A stretch of 32,000 bases of DNA from Methylorubrum extorquens. GTDB taxonomy: Bacteria; Pseudomonadota; Alphaproteobacteria; Rhizobiales; Beijerinckiaceae. Where the stretch lies: assembly GCA_900234795.1 (NCBI GenBank), contig LT962688.1:1260001-1292000 (forward strand). Reading direction: 5' to 3'. The position numbers and the translations under genes are program-made. Below the pieces are notes generated by a model. That model was not told the origin of the DNA. It did no database searches and saw only the letters and a program-made list of their open reading frames with translations. Below are positions 30,223-32,000 of the stretch, one piece after another; position 1 is the first letter of the stretch; the number at the start of each line of letters is the position of its first letter.

Positions 30223-31908
30223 TCAGGCCGCGCGAACCGTATCGAGGAACCGGGACACCTCCGCACCGAGATGCTCGGACTGGCGCGACAGCTCGGTCGC
30301 GGAGGCCAGCACCTGGGCGGCGGCCGCCCCGGTCTCCTCGGCCGCACCCGCCACGCTCGCGATGGTGCGGGTGACGGATTCCGTGCCGCCCGCGGCCTGG
30401 GCGACGTTGCGCACGATCTCCTGGGTCGCCGCGCCCTGCTCCTCGACCGCGGCGGCGATGCCGGTGGCGACGCCGCTGATCTCGCGGATGCGCCCGCTGA
30501 TGCTGTCGATGGCCGCGACCGCCTGACCCGTCGCGCCCTGGATGCGCCCGATCTGGCCGGTGATCTCGTCCGTGGCCCGCGCCGTCTGGTTGGCGAGTTC
30601 CTTGACCTCCGCGGCGACCACGGCAAAGCCGCGGCCGGCCTCGCCGGCCCGCGCCGCCTCGATCGTGGCGTTGAGCGCGAGCAGGTTGGTCTGGCCGGCG
30701 ATGGTCGAGATCATCGCCACCACGTCGCCGATCCGCGCGGCGGCCTCGGAGAGGTCGCGCACGAGGATCGCCGTCTGCCCGGCCTCGGCCACCGCGGCCT
30801 GCGCCAGGGAGGCCGAGCCATCGACCTGCCGGCCGATCTCCTGCACCGAGGCGCCGAGCTCCTCGGCCGCGGCGGCGACGGTGCCGACATTGGAGGCGGC
30901 CTCCTCGGCGGAGGCGGCCACCGTGCCGGATTGCCCGGCGGTCTGGCTGGCATTGGCGGTCAATTGCTGGGCGGTGGCCTGAAGCTCGGTCGCGGCGGCG
31001 GTCACGCCCGCAATGATGCCGCCCACAGCGCGCTGGAAGTCGTCGGCCAGGGCGCGCGCGGCGGCCCGCCGCTGCGCCTCGGCACCGGCGCGGGCGGCCT
31101 GCGTCTCCTCTTCCAGGGCGCGGGTGCGGAGCAGGTTGTCCTTGAACACCTGCACCGCCGCGGCCATGGCGCCGATCTCGTCGCCGCGTCCCCGCCCCGG
31201 TACGGCAATCGCCGCGTCGCCCGCCGCGAGCGCGCCCATCGCCCCGGTCATCCGCGTGATCGGCCGCGAGATCCCGAACCAGCCGAACAGGGCGGCGGCG
31301 AGCGCCGAGAGCAGGGTCACGGCCATGGCGATCCAGGCGGAGGCGGTGGCGGAGGCCGCGCTGCCGACGGCCCCCTCGGCGCTCTGCTTGGCACCCCGCT
31401 TGTTGAGGACGAGATTTTCCTGAAGCGCCTTGGTCGCGGATTGCGCGAGGCCCAGAGCCTCGGGCCCGGTGAGCAGGGCCAGCGCCTCGGCCCGCCGCCC
31501 CTCCCGCATCAGGGCGACGATCGCCTCGACCCGACCCGTATAGGTCGTCCAGGTCGAGGCGAAGCGCTCGTACAGGGCCCGCTCCTCGGGCGAGGCGATC
31601 AGCGGCTCGTAGGCGCGCCGCAGGGCTTCGAGGGCCGCCTGACTCGCCCGCACGCTCTTCTCGTTCTCGGCGAGCAGCTGGTCCGTCGGCGAGGCGGCGA
31701 CGTAACGGTAGGTCTTCACCCGCTCGTCCCGCGTCGCGGTGCTAATGTCGCCGAGCAATCCCACCGAGGGCAGCCAATTGTCGGCGATGTCGCGGACTTC
31801 GTGATCGATGTTCGAGAGCTTGATGACGCTCATCCCGCCTTGGGCCGCAGCAACCACGGCCAGAAGGCTGAACGAGCCCGCCAGGGCAGCCTTGAGGGAA
31901 ACGCGCAT
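30223..31908 (-). CDS. Methyl-accepting chemotaxis protein
   Basis: ORF 30223-31998, with the likely start at ATG 31908 ([24 protein letters not shown]). It has a 4HB-type periplasmic sensor, a second TM, a HAMP domain, and the conserved signalling hairpin [38 protein letters not shown]. Confidence 0.9.
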   Translation of the reverse strand: MRVSLKAALAGSFSLLAVVAAAQGGMSVIKLSNIDHEVRDIADNWLPSVGLLGDISTATRDERVKTYRYVAASPTDQLLAENEKSVRASQAALEALRRAYEPLIASPEERALYERFASTWTTYTGRVEAIVALMREGRRAEALALLTGPEALGLAQSATKALQENLVLNKRGAKQSAEGAVGSAASATASAWIAMAVTLLSALAAALFGWFGISRPITRMTGAMGALAAGDAAIAVPGRGRGDEIGAMAAAVQVFKDNLLRTRALEEETQAARAGAEAQRRAAARALADDFQRAVGGIIAGVTAAATELQATAQQLTANASQTAGQSGTVAASAEEAASNVGTVAAAAEELGASVQEIGRQVDGSASLAQAAVAEAGQTAILVRDLSEAAARIGDVVAMISTIAGQTNLLALNATIEAARAGEAGRGFAVVAAEVKELANQTARATDEITGQIGRIQGATGQAVAAIDSISGRIREISGVATGIAAAVEEQGAATQEIVRNVAQAAGGTESVTRTIASVAGAAEETGAAAAQVLASATELSRQSEHLGAEVSRFLDTVRAA

Positions 31909-32000
31909 TATGGATCCGGGGGTGTGGTTGGCCTCTTGAGATGCCCCACCCTGCAACGCAATACTTAAGGTTCTCTCGATTTCTGCAAGAAAGTGCATGC

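Overview
High-GC alphaproteobacterial chromosomal segment. The Caulobacter-type flagellar regulators (FlbD, SciP-like) and overall gene content suggest a Hyphomicrobiales/Methylobacterium-like organism (inference). I saw no rRNA, tRNA, CRISPR array, transposase or integrase. Gene order: mnmA 5' end (-); flagellar block fliK-flgD, sciP-like, fliF-fliG-fliH-fliN, flbD (+, 0.5-8.7 kb) with recognisable sigma54, ftr-like and CtrA-like regulatory sites; an envelope-related block (PAP2_3-like membrane protein with relaxed GC3, 94-aa hypothetical, orphan KpsE-like protein, ferredoxin-like gene coupled to a flippase-like membrane gene; 8.7-13.6 kb); a bphP-bphO light-sensing operon whose phytochrome has a degenerate PYP-like N-terminal domain (13.6-16.9 kb); housekeeping genes (lpd-like, SDR, VOC, SRPBCC, His-rich small protein, argF, argD, AraC regulator; 17-24.2 kb); then the most interesting locus at 24.5-28.7 kb. 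That locus is a 70-aa double-glycine-leader peptide gene divergently paired with an HlyD-family adaptor and a C39-peptidase ABC exporter (PCAT). I read it as a candidate microcin-like secreted-peptide system with an unusual anionic, GxxxG-rich, Cys-free core and no visible immunity gene. The window ends with ridA, a GDPD phosphodiesterase and an MCP. Four conserved genes (lpd-like, SRPBCC, argF, GDPD) carry six single-base frame breaks, five in short mononucleotide runs and one in a short GC-repeat stretch, which looks more like sequence error than decay. The many long ORFs antisense to real genes are high-GC shadow ORFs and were rejected.
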